Under the pieces are notes generated by a model. The model did no database searches. It had not been told where the DNA came from and was given only the letters and a program-made list of their open reading frames with translations. A stretch of DNA of 64,000 nt from Parcubacteria group bacterium (GTDB lineage: Bacteria; Patescibacteriota; Minisyncoccia; Phycocordibacterales; UBA2135). A program made the translations under genes and the position numbers. The stretch covers positions 345,980 through 409,979 of the forward strand of contig JACPBB010000002.1 of the NCBI GenBank assembly GCA_016180525.1. Direction: 5' to 3'. Positions 26,821 through 37,175 of the stretch are shown here, in pieces (positions within the stretch are counted from its first letter, which is position 1; each line of letters opens with the position of its first letter).

Positions 26821-27834
26821 ATGAGCAAGTGGACATTTAAGACGGTCCGGCTCAATCCTCAAGGAGTTGCTGAATTTGTTGAGCTTACTAAATCTCAAGA
26901 AGCAAAAATTGACAGATATACTCAAGCATTAGAAGTCGCAGCCAAATCAACAGTTGCGAACCCCTCATACTCTCATTATTTTGTAAAAGAAAGTATCGGT
27001 GTTCTAGAAGGAGCGGCATTGCCTGCAGGAAATATTGAATATGGAATTTGCCAGGCGCTTCATGGAGAAGAGTCGGCAGTATCTGCATTTCGGTCTCATT
27101 ACGGAAGAGGTGAGCATAAAGAACTTGTTCTTGGAATTATTGCGGGCAGTCCGGGTAACATCGCAACGCCGTGTGGAAACTGCAGAGATATCATGCTTGA
27201 AGATTTAGGTACCGATTTTGAAATTGTCTCCGGCGCGGCCGACGGAGGTCTTGCGCTTGTAGTAAAGATGAGCGATTATCTTTTTTCCGATTTTAAAACG
27301 ATTGCTTTAGAGGATGTTCCTCCAAGCGTGTTGCAGAGAGTTGATTTGGCAATTGAAGAGGGTGCATTGCTCGTAAACGACGCGTATTCTCCTCCGAGCG
27401 TTCACCCTGAACGCAGGTACCACGCACTTATCGCAACGCACCGCAACAGTTTTGTTGGGGCTCGAGATGTGATGTGCGAATATCATCCGATTTATGCTCT
27501 TCGTGACGCGGTGCGGCAGGCAAGACGAAGAAATGATCCATGCATTAATTTTGTGGTTATTGTGTGCGAAGATTTTGGCGGCGGTGCTCCCCACGTGATG
27601 TATAAAGACCGGCAGCATTTAGTGGAGCTGAATTTACAAGGAGAGTTGCTTACTGGAGTAGAGACTAATCCTCCTGTATATCTTGTTACGCATAAAGGCT
27701 ATGAACAACTCACTGGCGCCTGGAAGACAAGTGTAAAAGAATGGATTCCAATGGTCTTTACTCCCAGAAATTTTGGACCGGAATTTGTTGATTTTCTTAC
27801 AAATTATTTTAAAACTCTTGGTGGGCGGCGATAA
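26821..27834 (+). CDS. cytidine-deaminase-like zinc deaminase, two-domain (dimeric E. coli Cdd-type architecture)
   Basis: N-domain has NIEYGICQALHGEES (Cdd NxE...CAE-like with His ligand) and PCGNCRDIM zinc motif; second CDA-like domain is degenerate; start at MSKW preceded by aaggaagg RBS (ORF-track start 26698). Confidence 0.5.
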   Translation: MSKWTFKTVRLNPQGVAEFVELTKSQEAKIDRYTQALEVAAKSTVANPSYSHYFVKESIGVLEGAALPAGNIEYGICQALHGEESAVSAFRSHYGRGEHKELVLGIIAGSPGNIATPCGNCRDIMLEDLGTDFEIVSGAADGGLALVVKMSDYLFSDFKTIALEDVPPSVLQRVDLAIEEGALLVNDAYSPPSVHPERRYHALIATHRNSFVGARDVMCEYHPIYALRDAVRQARRRNDPCINFVVIVCEDFGGGAPHVMYKDRQHLVELNLQGELLTGVETNPPVYLVTHKGYEQLTGAWKTSVKEWIPMVFTPRNFGPEFVDFLTNYFKTLGGRR

Positions 27835-27847
27835 GCCGCCTTTTGTT

Positions 27848-29092
27848 TTACTGCAATCGAAGTGTCCCGACCGCCTTTATCATATCTGATTGAGGGGGAA
27901 ACATGCACGAGCTTTGGGTGAGGGTTCCCCGTATGTATCCGACAACTGCAATCATTAAACCGTTATCGGTTGTAAGTTCTGGGGAAGGAATAAAAAGCGC
28001 GGTATCTGAAAAATTGGAAGAAACCGCTTTTGAGAGTTTTTCTCGTATATTTTTATTTGCTGATACTCCGCCGCCGATAACAATTGTTTTTGCCCCATAT
28101 CGCACGGCTGCGTCAATTGTTTTTTTAACAACAACCTCGGTAACTGCTTCTTGAAACTCATGAGAAAATTCCCTAACAAGTTCAGAATTTATTTTTCCTC
28201 CTCGTTTTTTTAATTCATACAACACTGCAGTTTTAATGCCGGAAAAAGAAAAATCAAAATCATCTGAATCAATCATTGGACGAGGGAGTCTTAGTGTTTT
28301 GTCTCCCTTAAATTCATTCGCTTTTTGTGAAACATGCGGGCCCCCAGGATAAGGGAGTTCCAACATGCGGGCAACCTTATCAAATGCCTCACCGATTGCG
28401 TCATCCCTCGTTTCCCCGACAATTTTGTATTGCAGCCAATCTTCTGAAAGCACTAATTCTGTATGCCCACCGGATATCAGTAACGCCAGAAGTGGAAATC
28501 GCACAGGGTATAGCGTATAGCGTTCAGCGTTTAGTTTTTTAAAATTTTGAATTTGTTTAGAAATTAGAAATTTTGAATTAGAAATTTCTTCTCTGCGCAA
28601 TAGCGCAGAGAAGATGTGGCCTTCCATGTGGTTTACGGGAATAATTGGAATATTCCAAACGAGTGAAAGCGCTTTAGTAAAATTAATGCCAACCCAGAGC
28701 GCCGGTTCAAGCCCCGGCCCATAGGTAACTGCGATTGCATCTATATCTGGTTTTTTAATATTTGGAATAAAATCAAGAAATGCTTCCAATAACTCCGGCT
28801 CTCTCGCGAAAAGCATATTGAGCAGTTTTTTTTGTTCAGTAGAAAGGATATTTTTTTGAATTTCAATGTTTCCTCCAAGCGCTTTTTTAAAAAGAGGAAT
28901 CAGATTTTTTGCGTGTTCTCGTTTGGCGAGCGAGGGATACACGCCACCGTATTCAGCGTGCAATTTTACTTGAGAAAGTATCAAGTTTGAAAGCACAGAA
29001 AAAGAGACATCGCCTGTTTTCGAGCTACCCTCGGCTTCCACAAGCGCAAGAGCCGTTTCATCGCACGATGTCTCAATAGAAAGAATTCTCAT
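27848..29092 (-). CDS. tsaD: tRNA N6-adenosine threonylcarbamoyltransferase TsaD (Kae1/YgjD family)
   Basis: 414 aa; N-terminal MRILSIETSCDETALAL, metal-binding HxEGH-type motifs; contains a low-complexity insertion. Confidence 0.8.
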   Translation of the reverse strand: MRILSIETSCDETALALVEAEGSSKTGDVSFSVLSNLILSQVKLHAEYGGVYPSLAKREHAKNLIPLFKKALGGNIEIQKNILSTEQKKLLNMLFAREPELLEAFLDFIPNIKKPDIDAIAVTYGPGLEPALWVGINFTKALSLVWNIPIIPVNHMEGHIFSALLRREEISNSKFLISKQIQNFKKLNAERYTLYPVRFPLLALLISGGHTELVLSEDWLQYKIVGETRDDAIGEAFDKVARMLELPYPGGPHVSQKANEFKGDKTLRLPRPMIDSDDFDFSFSGIKTAVLYELKKRGGKINSELVREFSHEFQEAVTEVVVKKTIDAAVRYGAKTIVIGGGVSANKNIREKLSKAVSSNFSDTALFIPSPELTTDNGLMIAVVGYIRGTLTQSSCMFPPQSDMIKAVGTLRLQ

Positions 29093-29171
29093 ATTCTGTC
29101 ATATTTTCATAGAAAGGACCTAAAATCAACATTTTTCTCTTTATCCAAAGCAGTGATATACTGATTGATAT

Positions 29172-31922
29172 ATGCCTGAATCTAATCTTAGAGAAACATT
29201 TGGATTTAAATCTCCTGAGGAAGAGATTGATTTTTTGCGTGGCGAGATAGAGAAAAAAGAGCATGCGCTCAAAGAATCAAAAACCCACACGCACGAAAAA
29301 GCAACGCAAGCAGCCAAAGAAGAAGTAGCAGCATATCAAAAAAGGCCGCATCAGGAGGTGCTCGCGCCCGGATATGCCATGCCCGAAAAAGAAACAGAAA
29401 GTATCGTTCTTGATTTGGCTCCGGAAGAACATGATGAAAAAATAGGAGAATTACTCGGAGTATTAAACGAAAGAGGAATTAAAAATACGCTTTCTATTGT
29501 TGAAAAACTTAAAGATCCTCACCTTGAAGACGATTTTCATCGTTTCTTGGTGGAATATATTAAAGAAGGGTTTCCTGTTGCGGGGCTCAAAGAAAAGGGG
29601 CCATTATGGAAGGCGCTTCATATGACACTCTACGAGGTCGCGCTTCCCGGAAAAAGCGGAGAGGAAGAGGGTCGTCAAAAGCCGCTTAAAGAATTGCTCT
29701 CTGGTATGGAACAGTTTTATGCCGGCATGCTTTCTATCGGAGGAAAAGATGAGCGCGGAGTATCTCACTTTACGATTGAAGTCGCTCTTCCCGACAAGAC
29801 AGATGAGGTTGTGTTTTATTCTGCTGTTCCAAACCACAAACGAGATTTGTTTGAAAAACATATTCTCTCTATTTTTCCGAACGCGCGGATTCTTGAACAG
29901 AAAAATGATTACAATATTTTTGTTGAAGGCGGCACCTCCGTTGGCTCATATGCAACACTTATGCGCAAGCCAGTACTTCCGCTTAAAACATACGACGCGT
30001 TTGACCATGACCCGCTTAATATTCTTTTAAATACATTTTCAAAAATTGAAAAAAATGGCGGGGGAGCCGCAATTCAGATTGTATTCCATCCCTCCGGTGA
30101 ATCTCACCTCAGTGAATACAAAAATGTATTGCGCAAACTGCAAAAAGGGGAATCATTCAAAGATGCGATCAAAGGAGCTGATGTCCCCGGAGCATTTTTC
30201 AAAACAGTGGGGGAGATTTTTACCGGCCCTTCAAATAAAAAAGATAAAGAAAAAGCGCCACCCGACCAAATTGCGATAGAAAATGTACAAAATAAGACGG
30301 GAAGCCAGATTGTAACCTCAAACATCCGAATTCTCGCGTCTGCAAAAACAAAAAGTCGCGCGGAAGACATTCTCTCCGACATAGAGTCCTCGTTTAATCA
30401 ATTAGAAAATACGCACGGCAACAAGCTCTCTTTTGAGTCTGTCTCGGGAGGGAAATTGCTTTCTTTTTTCAAAGATTTCTCATTTCGCGATTATAGAGAA
30501 AAATATGGTCTTCCGCTTAATTTGAAAGAGATTGCGACCATTCTTCATTTTCCGCTTGGAGAGGCGGTGTCTTCTCCGCAATTGCGTGAGTCCAAAGCAG
30601 GCACTGCGCCGGCACCCACCGATGCTCCACAGGCGGGAATATTTTTGGGGATAAACAGATTTAGAAACGCAGAGAAGAAAATTTATCTTACTCCGGAAGA
30701 CAGGCTTCGTCACCTCTATGTTGTGGGGCAGACAGGAACGGGAAAAACAACACTACTCAAAAATATGATCGCGCAGGACATTGCCGCCGGAGAGGGCGTG
30801 TGCATGATAGATCCACACGGAAGCGACATTGAAGACGTGCTCGGCATGATTCCGGAAGAGCGGTTTAAAGACGTTATTTATTTTGACCCTGCCTACATTC
30901 CGCGCGTTATGGGGCTCAATATGCTTGAATATGACCCAGAACATCCGGAGCAGAAAACATTTGTGGTTAATGAGATGTTTAGTATTTTCCAAAAGCTCTA
31001 TGGCGCAGTGCCAGAGTCAATGGGCCCCATTTTTGAGCAATATTTTAGGAACGCGGCGATGCTTGTGGTTGATGACCCGGAGAGTGGAAGCACGCTTCTT
31101 GATATCTCACGGGTTTTAGCGGAAGAGCCATTCAGAAACATGAAACTGTCTCGGGCCAAAAATCCGGTCATAAAACAGTTCTGGACGGAAATTGCGACGA
31201 AAGCCGGAGGAGAACAATCGCTCGCAAATATTGTACCGTATATCACAAGCAAGTTTGATACATTTGTGGCGAATGAAATTATGCGGCCGATTATCGCTCA
31301 ACAAAAATCATCTTTTAATTTCAGGAAAATTATGGATGAGCGGAAAATCTTACTCGTAAATCTCTCAAAAGGAAAATTAGGGGAGGTGAATGCCAACCTT
31401 ATTGGCCTTATTCTTGTTGGTAAAATTTTAATGGCGGCGCTTTCCCGAGTTGACGCTCGTGGTGTGAATTTGCCGCCGTTTTATCTCTATATTGACGAGT
31501 TTCAAAATGTAACGACCGACTCAATATCAATCATTCTGTCAGAGGCGCGGAAATATAAACTATCGCTTACCGCGGCGCATCAATTTATCAAACAACTTGA
31601 TGATAAAACAAAAAACGCGGTATTCGGAAACGTTGGCTCTATGGCGGCGTTTCGTGTTGGCTCTGAAGACGCGGAGGTTTTGGAAAAACAGTTTGAACCC
31701 GCTTTTTCCGCTCGAGACCTTCTCAATATTGATAACTGGAATTGTTATATGAGACTTTTAATGAACGGCCGCCCCTCAAAGCCATTTAACGTGGAAATTC
31801 CCGCACCGAGGATAAGTGACAGGGCGCGTGCGGAGAAATTGAAAGAACTTTCCTATATGTCGTATGGCGAAGATAGAGGAAAAATAGAGCAAATGATTGC
31901 TGAAAAATATCAAAAAATATGA
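29172..31922 (+). CDS. type IV coupling-protein-like ATPase (VirD4/TraG/TraD family P-loop domain) with about 500-aa unknown N-terminal region and no TM helices
   Basis: Walker A GQTGTGKTT; Walker B-like YLYIDEFQNV; downstream ARKYKLSLTAAHQFIKQLD region matching the T4CP RxxG...Q..QL signature. Confidence 0.55.
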   Translation: MPESNLRETFGFKSPEEEIDFLRGEIEKKEHALKESKTHTHEKATQAAKEEVAAYQKRPHQEVLAPGYAMPEKETESIVLDLAPEEHDEKIGELLGVLNERGIKNTLSIVEKLKDPHLEDDFHRFLVEYIKEGFPVAGLKEKGPLWKALHMTLYEVALPGKSGEEEGRQKPLKELLSGMEQFYAGMLSIGGKDERGVSHFTIEVALPDKTDEVVFYSAVPNHKRDLFEKHILSIFPNARILEQKNDYNIFVEGGTSVGSYATLMRKPVLPLKTYDAFDHDPLNILLNTFSKIEKNGGGAAIQIVFHPSGESHLSEYKNVLRKLQKGESFKDAIKGADVPGAFFKTVGEIFTGPSNKKDKEKAPPDQIAIENVQNKTGSQIVTSNIRILASAKTKSRAEDILSDIESSFNQLENTHGNKLSFESVSGGKLLSFFKDFSFRDYREKYGLPLNLKEIATILHFPLGEAVSSPQLRESKAGTAPAPTDAPQAGIFLGINRFRNAEKKIYLTPEDRLRHLYVVGQTGTGKTTLLKNMIAQDIAAGEGVCMIDPHGSDIEDVLGMIPEERFKDVIYFDPAYIPRVMGLNMLEYDPEHPEQKTFVVNEMFSIFQKLYGAVPESMGPIFEQYFRNAAMLVVDDPESGSTLLDISRVLAEEPFRNMKLSRAKNPVIKQFWTEIATKAGGEQSLANIVPYITSKFDTFVANEIMRPIIAQQKSSFNFRKIMDERKILLVNLSKGKLGEVNANLIGLILVGKILMAALSRVDARGVNLPPFYLYIDEFQNVTTDSISIILSEARKYKLSLTAAHQFIKQLDDKTKNAVFGNVGSMAAFRVGSEDAEVLEKQFEPAFSARDLLNIDNWNCYMRLLMNGRPSKPFNVEIPAPRISDRARAEKLKELSYMSYGEDRGKIEQMIAEKYQKI

Positions 31923-32791
31923 ACCATAATCCACACGAAAAAAGAATTCACACACAGATAGAAAGTGTCTCTGAAGAAGGGCTTTTAAGTAAGGCACTTT
32001 TGGAAACAGGGCAACTATTGCGTGAACATCAAATCAACATTGAAGATTTTCGAGGTAAAGGTAAATATGATTCGGATACAATAGCAGAGCACCTGGCGTT
32101 TGTTGAGCAAAAGAAACGTAAATTTGAAATGTCTGCTACAGATGAAAGCCGTGACTCTCAAGAGCTTGCGACAATATTTGAGGGTATGTTTTATAAAGGC
32201 GCTCACGAATATGGATGGTTGGGGGACCCCACTCTAGTAAGAGTAATTAAGACATGCGATTTTGATGACTTGAAAAATGGAATTGACGGCATCGTGGAAT
32301 TTACCCAAGAAGGCAGAGGAGCGGAACATCTTGCTGTGGGAGTGGACGTAACATATAGTAATCAACTCAAAGAAAAATTTAAAAAAATTAAAAATGATAT
32401 TGCAGAAGGAAAACTTTCTTCCATAGAATATTTTCGTTCCGGTAATTTTATTGGAAGTCTCAATAATGTTCCTCGTGTTATTGTCGGAGCAGAGAGAAAA
32501 AATTTAATAGAATTATGCAGAGATGTGTTTGTTAAAAAAGATTCACAGAAACTCAAAAGACATCCGTTTCAGGTATTGCAATTAAAACAAATGCGGCTTC
32601 AGCTTGATGCGTTTGCCGATTATGCAGAGTCTCTTGGGAAAAAAGATGTCGCAGCTTTATATCGTCGTGATGCGGAAATTATTCGCAAGATTTTACAAAA
32701 GAAAAGTGTCGGAGAAGGAGTGCGCATGGGGCAGTGGGAAAATGATCGAGTCTTTGCGGCAATTAAACAAGAGCTGGAAAATTTAAAATAA
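31919..32791 (+). CDS. hypothetical protein, translationally coupled to the upstream ATPase (ATGA overlap)
   Basis: 290-aa soluble ORF; its start overlaps the stop of 29172..31922. Confidence 0.5.
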   Translation: MNHNPHEKRIHTQIESVSEEGLLSKALLETGQLLREHQINIEDFRGKGKYDSDTIAEHLAFVEQKKRKFEMSATDESRDSQELATIFEGMFYKGAHEYGWLGDPTLVRVIKTCDFDDLKNGIDGIVEFTQEGRGAEHLAVGVDVTYSNQLKEKFKKIKNDIAEGKLSSIEYFRSGNFIGSLNNVPRVIVGAERKNLIELCRDVFVKKDSQKLKRHPFQVLQLKQMRLQLDAFADYAESLGKKDVAALYRRDAEIIRKILQKKSVGEGVRMGQWENDRVFAAIKQELENLK

Positions 32792-32813
32792 TTATTAAAT
32801 TATAACAACCTCA

Positions 32814-32849
32814 TCCTTACAAACTGGAGTTTGTAAGGATGATATTTTT
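32814..32849. terminator. bidirectional terminator
   Basis: ccttacaaact-gga-gtttgtaagg hairpin plus T-run. Confidence 0.55.
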
Positions 32850-32868
32850 GTAGTCAAAGCTTCTGCGA

Positions 32869-33381
32869 TTACGCAAAAAGGACTCCTACGGCCGCGCCGA
32901 GCGCGATTGCGGCTCCGCCGATAAGAAGCATCTCTAATGCGGGGCGAAGCGGGCGGATGCCCGCTATTTTACCGCTTATAGTTCCTAAAATGAGAAGCGC
33001 GACGAGAGAGGCGCCGATTGAAGTCCAAAAAGCAAGAGATATGGGAAGAAAAATGTATGGCGAAAGGGGAATAAATCCGGCAAAAAAATATGAGAAAAAC
33101 ATGATAAGAGCCGACTTGGCAGATTTTTGAATCGGCACTTCTTGCCGCAGAGAAATTTGCCGTGCGGAATGTTCAGAAAGAAGTGAGCCGGCGCCCATTG
33201 AAAATGCTTCAACGGCAATGAGCACGACTCCGGCAAGAACGATTGTCTCCGGCATAGTGCCTGCGACAGCAACACCGGATAGGAGTCCTACGGTTGAAAC
33301 CAAACTGTCTTCAACGCCAAACACAAAGTTTCTGATATTCGTGACGTCTTTTTCTTCATGCATGGTTATATTATAGCGCAT
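32869..33381 (-). CDS. VIT1/CCC1-family (DUF125) iron/manganese transporter
   Basis: 170 aa; 5 TM helices; conserved VIT-family glycine-rich helices; TATAAT immediately upstream of the start. Confidence 0.65.
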   Translation of the reverse strand: MRYNITMHEEKDVTNIRNFVFGVEDSLVSTVGLLSGVAVAGTMPETIVLAGVVLIAVEAFSMGAGSLLSEHSARQISLRQEVPIQKSAKSALIMFFSYFFAGFIPLSPYIFLPISLAFWTSIGASLVALLILGTISGKIAGIRPLRPALEMLLIGGAAIALGAAVGVLFA

Positions 33382-33441
33382 ATAATCTATTTTAATAAAA
33401 TAAAAAAACGGATTGATGTTATCGCACCGTGTGTTTGAATT

Positions 33442-33720
33442 TTAATCACCGGTTATTTTTTTATAGTCCTCAGGCATTTTATCCCAATTGGGCATAAAAA
33501 TCCACAAAAGAATATATAAGCCAACTCCGAAACCAAAAAAGATGATTGAAGATGCCCACAAGAGTCTTACAAGCCAAACGGGAGCTCCAAGCCAATATGC
33601 AACTCCGCCGCAAACGCCACCAACCCATTGTTCTTCTTCAGTCACTAATCGCAATTTTCTTTCAGAAGCAGATGTTTTTGTCGCAACGGTGCTTTTGTTT
33701 TCCAACCTTTTTCTCCACAA
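33442..33720 (-). CDS. PspC-domain membrane protein
   Basis: PspC signature GGVCGGVAxYLG...VRL followed by a TM helix. Confidence 0.6.
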   Translation of the reverse strand: MWRKRLENKSTVATKTSASERKLRLVTEEEQWVGGVCGGVAYWLGAPVWLVRLLWASSIIFFGFGVGLYILLWIFMPNWDKMPEDYKKITGD

Positions 33721-33829
33721 GAATTCTGAATACTACGTTACTTTAGATAAAGATAAGTGTCAAGCTTGTTGCGCCTTTATAATTTTATGCTATGCTCTCT
33801 TTCAGATTGCGAAACGAGAAGGAAAAACG

Positions 33830-34165
33830 ATGAACGAAAAATTCAGTAGTTACCGTGACAGTCTTTGGACGCGCCTATCTTATGTGTCCTTCAAAGGAAA
33901 GTGCGAACTCTTTTTTCGTCTTCTGATTGCCAACATAAAGAATTGCATAAGGGGTCGTGCTTTTAGAAAGGGATACAATTCACTTATCATTGGCTCTTAC
34001 GGCCCAATTCAAATATATTCAAGCAATCCTTATAGCCACAGAACAGAATTGAAAAAATTTTGCGACTGGCATGGTGGTGTCGGGCACGCGGCTGCCGACC
34101 GCATAATTGCTGATTGCAAGGGATACCTCATTCGATTGCAAGAGATACGCCATTCGATAAGATAG
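33830..34165 (+). CDS. hypothetical protein
   Basis: 111-aa ORF from ATG with aaggaa RBS; the ORF-track 33488 start overlaps the PspC gene and is unlikely; terminator hairpin at about 34180..34210. Confidence 0.3.
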   Translation: MNEKFSSYRDSLWTRLSYVSFKGKCELFFRLLIANIKNCIRGRAFRKGYNSLIIGSYGPIQIYSSNPYSHRTELKKFCDWHGGVGHAAADRIIADCKGYLIRLQEIRHSIR

Positions 34166-34277
34166 CGTCAGTCAAAGCAGGGAAACATTTCCTGCTTTTT
34201 CTTTTTGCATTAAAAAGAACATTCTGACATTCTTGCGAATATCAGAATGTTCTGAGGATAATTTTTGTTTTGTAAAT

Positions 34278-35453
34278 CTAATTTTCTTGAGATAATTCTT
34301 TGACTTTGTTTGTTTCCTCCCACGGCAAGTCAATATCCGTCCTACCAAAGTGGCCGTAGGCGGCGGTTTTTTGGTATATGGGGCGTAGGAGATTTAAGTC
34401 TTTTATTATTGCCGCGGGGCGGAAATCAAACACTTTCTCTACGAGTTCGGCAATTTCGTTATCAGGGATTTTTCCCGTGCCGAATGTATTTACATTAAAC
34501 GCCAAGGGTCTACTCATGCCGATCGCGTAGGCGACTTTCACCTCTGCTTTTTTCGCAAGTCCTGACGCGACAATGTTTTTTGCCGCGGAGCGCATGGCGT
34601 ACGCCGCCGAGCGGTCAACTTTGCTTGGGTCTTTTCCTGAAAATGCGCCGCCGCCGTGCTTGGCAAGTCCTCCGTATGTGTCCACGATAATTTTTCTTCC
34701 CGTAAGCCCCGTGTCTCCCGCAGGACCGCCGATTACGAATCTTCCTGTGGGATTCACAAAAATTTCTGTCTTGTCATCAAAAAGATATTTAGGCACAATC
34801 GGCTCTATGACTTTATCTAGTAAAGCATTTTTTAATGTTTCAGTGGATGTTTCAGGAGTATGTTGCGTTGAAATTAAAATATTTCTGACATGCGTGGGGA
34901 CATCGTCACGATATTCAATCGTCACTTGCGTTTTTCCATCAGGCCCCAAGAAGGGGAGTGTTCCGTCTTTGCGCACCTGAGAGAGTTTTTGTGCAAGCGC
35001 ATGTGCCAGGTAAATAGGCATAGGCATAAGCGTCTCTGTCTCGTCTGTCGCGTAGCCGTACATCATACCTTGGTCTCCAGCACCCTGTTCAAGCGGGTCC
35101 TCACGCGATACTCCCATCGCGATGTCAGGGGACTGTTTGTTTACCATTGTCGTAATTTTGACGGTGCGAAAGTCAAGTCCTTTTTTCTCGTCATCATAGC
35201 CGATGTTTTTAATTGTCTCTCGCGCGACAGATTCAACGTCAACAGGGCTTCCTTGTGCTTGCCTCGCCGGCAGGCGGGCGGTAATTTCTCCTCCAATCAC
35301 GAGATTATTGCCACAAATAAATGTTTCGCAGGCAACGCGCGCTTTTCTGTCTTGTGTGAGATAGGCGTCAAGCACAGCGTCGCTTATCTGGTCGCATATT
35401 TTATCCGGATGTCCTTCGGTGACAGATTCCGAAGCAAGAAAATCAATTTTCAT
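34278..35453 (-). CDS. metK: S-adenosylmethionine synthetase
   Basis: [30 protein letters not shown]-terminus and [19 protein letters not shown] motif; start trimmed to MKIDF. Confidence 0.9.
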   Translation of the reverse strand: MKIDFLASESVTEGHPDKICDQISDAVLDAYLTQDRKARVACETFICGNNLVIGGEITARLPARQAQGSPVDVESVARETIKNIGYDDEKKGLDFRTVKITTMVNKQSPDIAMGVSREDPLEQGAGDQGMMYGYATDETETLMPMPIYLAHALAQKLSQVRKDGTLPFLGPDGKTQVTIEYRDDVPTHVRNILISTQHTPETSTETLKNALLDKVIEPIVPKYLFDDKTEIFVNPTGRFVIGGPAGDTGLTGRKIIVDTYGGLAKHGGGAFSGKDPSKVDRSAAYAMRSAAKNIVASGLAKKAEVKVAYAIGMSRPLAFNVNTFGTGKIPDNEIAELVEKVFDFRPAAIIKDLNLLRPIYQKTAAYGHFGRTDIDLPWEETNKVKELSQEN

Positions 35454-35619
35454 ATTTTTTATAATACTGAAATATGAGCGACAGGTCACCTGGACATATG
35501 TCTTAAAGCGTGTGGGCTTGAGTTTATCATTTCGATTTTACATAAACTTACCAAAATTTGACATTTAATGACCCATTATAGTAATATGGTTTTAGTTTTG
35601 CGACAATGGAGAATTTTCA

Positions 35620-35925
35620 ATGAAAGTTCAACTTGGTGCAAGTTCGGTCACTAGGCTTCTAAAAACAGATGTTGTAAATGCTTTCTTTTCAGACAGATGC
35701 GCGGACACAGGACACGCTCCACTTAACGATAAAGTTGTTTTCTCAATATTTCCAGGAGTTGCTAAGGGTGGTTTTTGCGAAGTCCTTGACGAAATTGCTG
35801 CTAGCGGGATAAAGGTTGAAGTTGACACTACGGGGTTTGTATTTTTACCCTCATGGCAGTCATGGGAAGAGGGACGAAATGACGGCATATATTTGCATGG
35901 TGTTAGATTTACAAGGGTGAAGTAA
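35620..35925 (+). CDS. hypothetical protein
   Basis: 101-aa ORF with ggag RBS and a downstream terminator (aacatcat-tgttacg-atgatgtt plus T-run at about 35975..36000). Confidence 0.4.
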   Translation: MKVQLGASSVTRLLKTDVVNAFFSDRCADTGHAPLNDKVVFSIFPGVAKGGFCEVLDEIAASGIKVEVDTTGFVFLPSWQSWEEGRNDGIYLHGVRFTRVK

Positions 35926-36028
35926 GATATTTTTTGAGTGCCCCAATATATAATTAAGACATTTACAAAAACATCATTGTTACGATGATGTTTTTTTCTT
36001 TTTATTTATACTCAGTCCTTGTTTATTT

Positions 36029-36105
36029 TGGTGGGCGGTACAGGAGTCGAACCTGTCACCTCAGCAATGTCAATGCTGCGCTCTAACCAGCTGAGCTAAC
36101 CGCCC
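36029..36105 (-). tRNA. tRNA-Val (anticodon GAC), CCA encoded
   Basis: manual fold: acceptor gggcggt/accgccc, D-arm tagctcagctggttagagc, anticodon loop ttGACat, 3' ACCA. Confidence 0.85.
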
Positions 36106-36181
36106 ATGTGTTTGTATTATGTACGATTGAACAAAAATTCGCAAACTATGCAGTTATTTAAAAAAGCGCGGGCGGATTTGC

Positions 36182-36424
36182 CTACGCTCCTACGCTAACG
36201 TGTAGTTGTTTGTTTGCATCCAAGACATTAATTCTATCCATAAATGCTATGGCGACATCTACCGGAATAATTCCTCTATGTATCACAACATTATTTTCTT
36301 GAACCGTTACATCTCCGCCGAGTTTGCGAATGAGAGCAATTTCGCGTTGCACCGATGGATGCGCGATTAATTCCTCTGCAGTCACCGTATCCTCCCGCAT
36401 CAAAGCTATTGTAATTATGGTCAA
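36182..36424 (-). CDS. hypothetical small protein
   Basis: 80-aa ORF; no confident family assignment. Confidence 0.35.
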   Translation of the reverse strand: MTIITIALMREDTVTAEELIAHPSVQREIALIRKLGGDVTVQENNVVIHRGIIPVDVAIAFMDRINVLDANKQLHVSVGA

Positions 36425-36518
36425 GCAGAGTCAGGGTGTCAACGGTTGTTTTTTAATATAGATATGCTAAAAATACTTTTAGATTGTTGGGCGAACCCCA
36501 GCAACGGAAGGAGAAGAA

Positions 36519-37175
36519 ATGGAGTACACTCGCACTGATAAAGCTCCCGCGCCGGGGGCGTATAGCCAGGCGACCGTTGTTGAAGTTGAAGACAAGAAAT
36601 TTGTTTACTGTGCGGGACAGACGGGTAACGTACCAGATGGAAAAGATGACCTGGTCATTGAAGGAGGCCTCGGTCCGCAGACGACTCAGGCGCTTCAAAA
36701 TATTCTCGCGGTCGTTAAGGCCGCAGGAGGGGATGTACACGACATCACACGGCTCACTGTATATTTGAAAGATACAGCTATGGATAATTTCTTACAAAAG
36801 ATACTGAACAACATACTAAAGTTATTTGGACTTACTGCTTGGGGAGGCAGTACTTCCTTTGAAGCTAAAAATGAAAGTACCGAACATTGGAATCACAGGC
36901 AATGGAAAGGATCTGAAAGGGCAAAACAGAGGAAGGAATTTGGCGCCGCATACGAAGCATTTTTCAAAGAACACGGGCATACGAAGGAAAAAGGAAATAT
37001 GCCGGCTCGGGCAATGCTTTGGGTCTCTGAAGTGCCGCTTGAAGCTCCTGCGGAAGACACTGTTGTTGAAATTGTTGCAGAGGCCGTTGTTCCCAATAAA
37101 AATTATGTTCCTAAGTATGTACCGGAGCCTTCATATGGCCCGGGACCTGATAATTACGGCAGAGATAGACATTAA
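36519..37175 (+). CDS. RidA/YjgF (L-PSP) family protein carrying an approximately 51-aa in-frame insertion and a C-terminal extension
   Basis: N-terminal region APAPGAYSQA...VYCAGQTG...RLTVYLKD and later AAYEAFFKEHG...PARAMLWVSEVPLEAPxxVEIVAEAV match RidA, interrupted between DTAMDNF and AAYEAFF. Confidence 0.55.
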   Translation: MEYTRTDKAPAPGAYSQATVVEVEDKKFVYCAGQTGNVPDGKDDLVIEGGLGPQTTQALQNILAVVKAAGGDVHDITRLTVYLKDTAMDNFLQKILNNILKLFGLTAWGGSTSFEAKNESTEHWNHRQWKGSERAKQRKEFGAAYEAFFKEHGHTKEKGNMPARAMLWVSEVPLEAPAEDTVVEIVAEAVVPNKNYVPKYVPEPSYGPGPDNYGRDRH

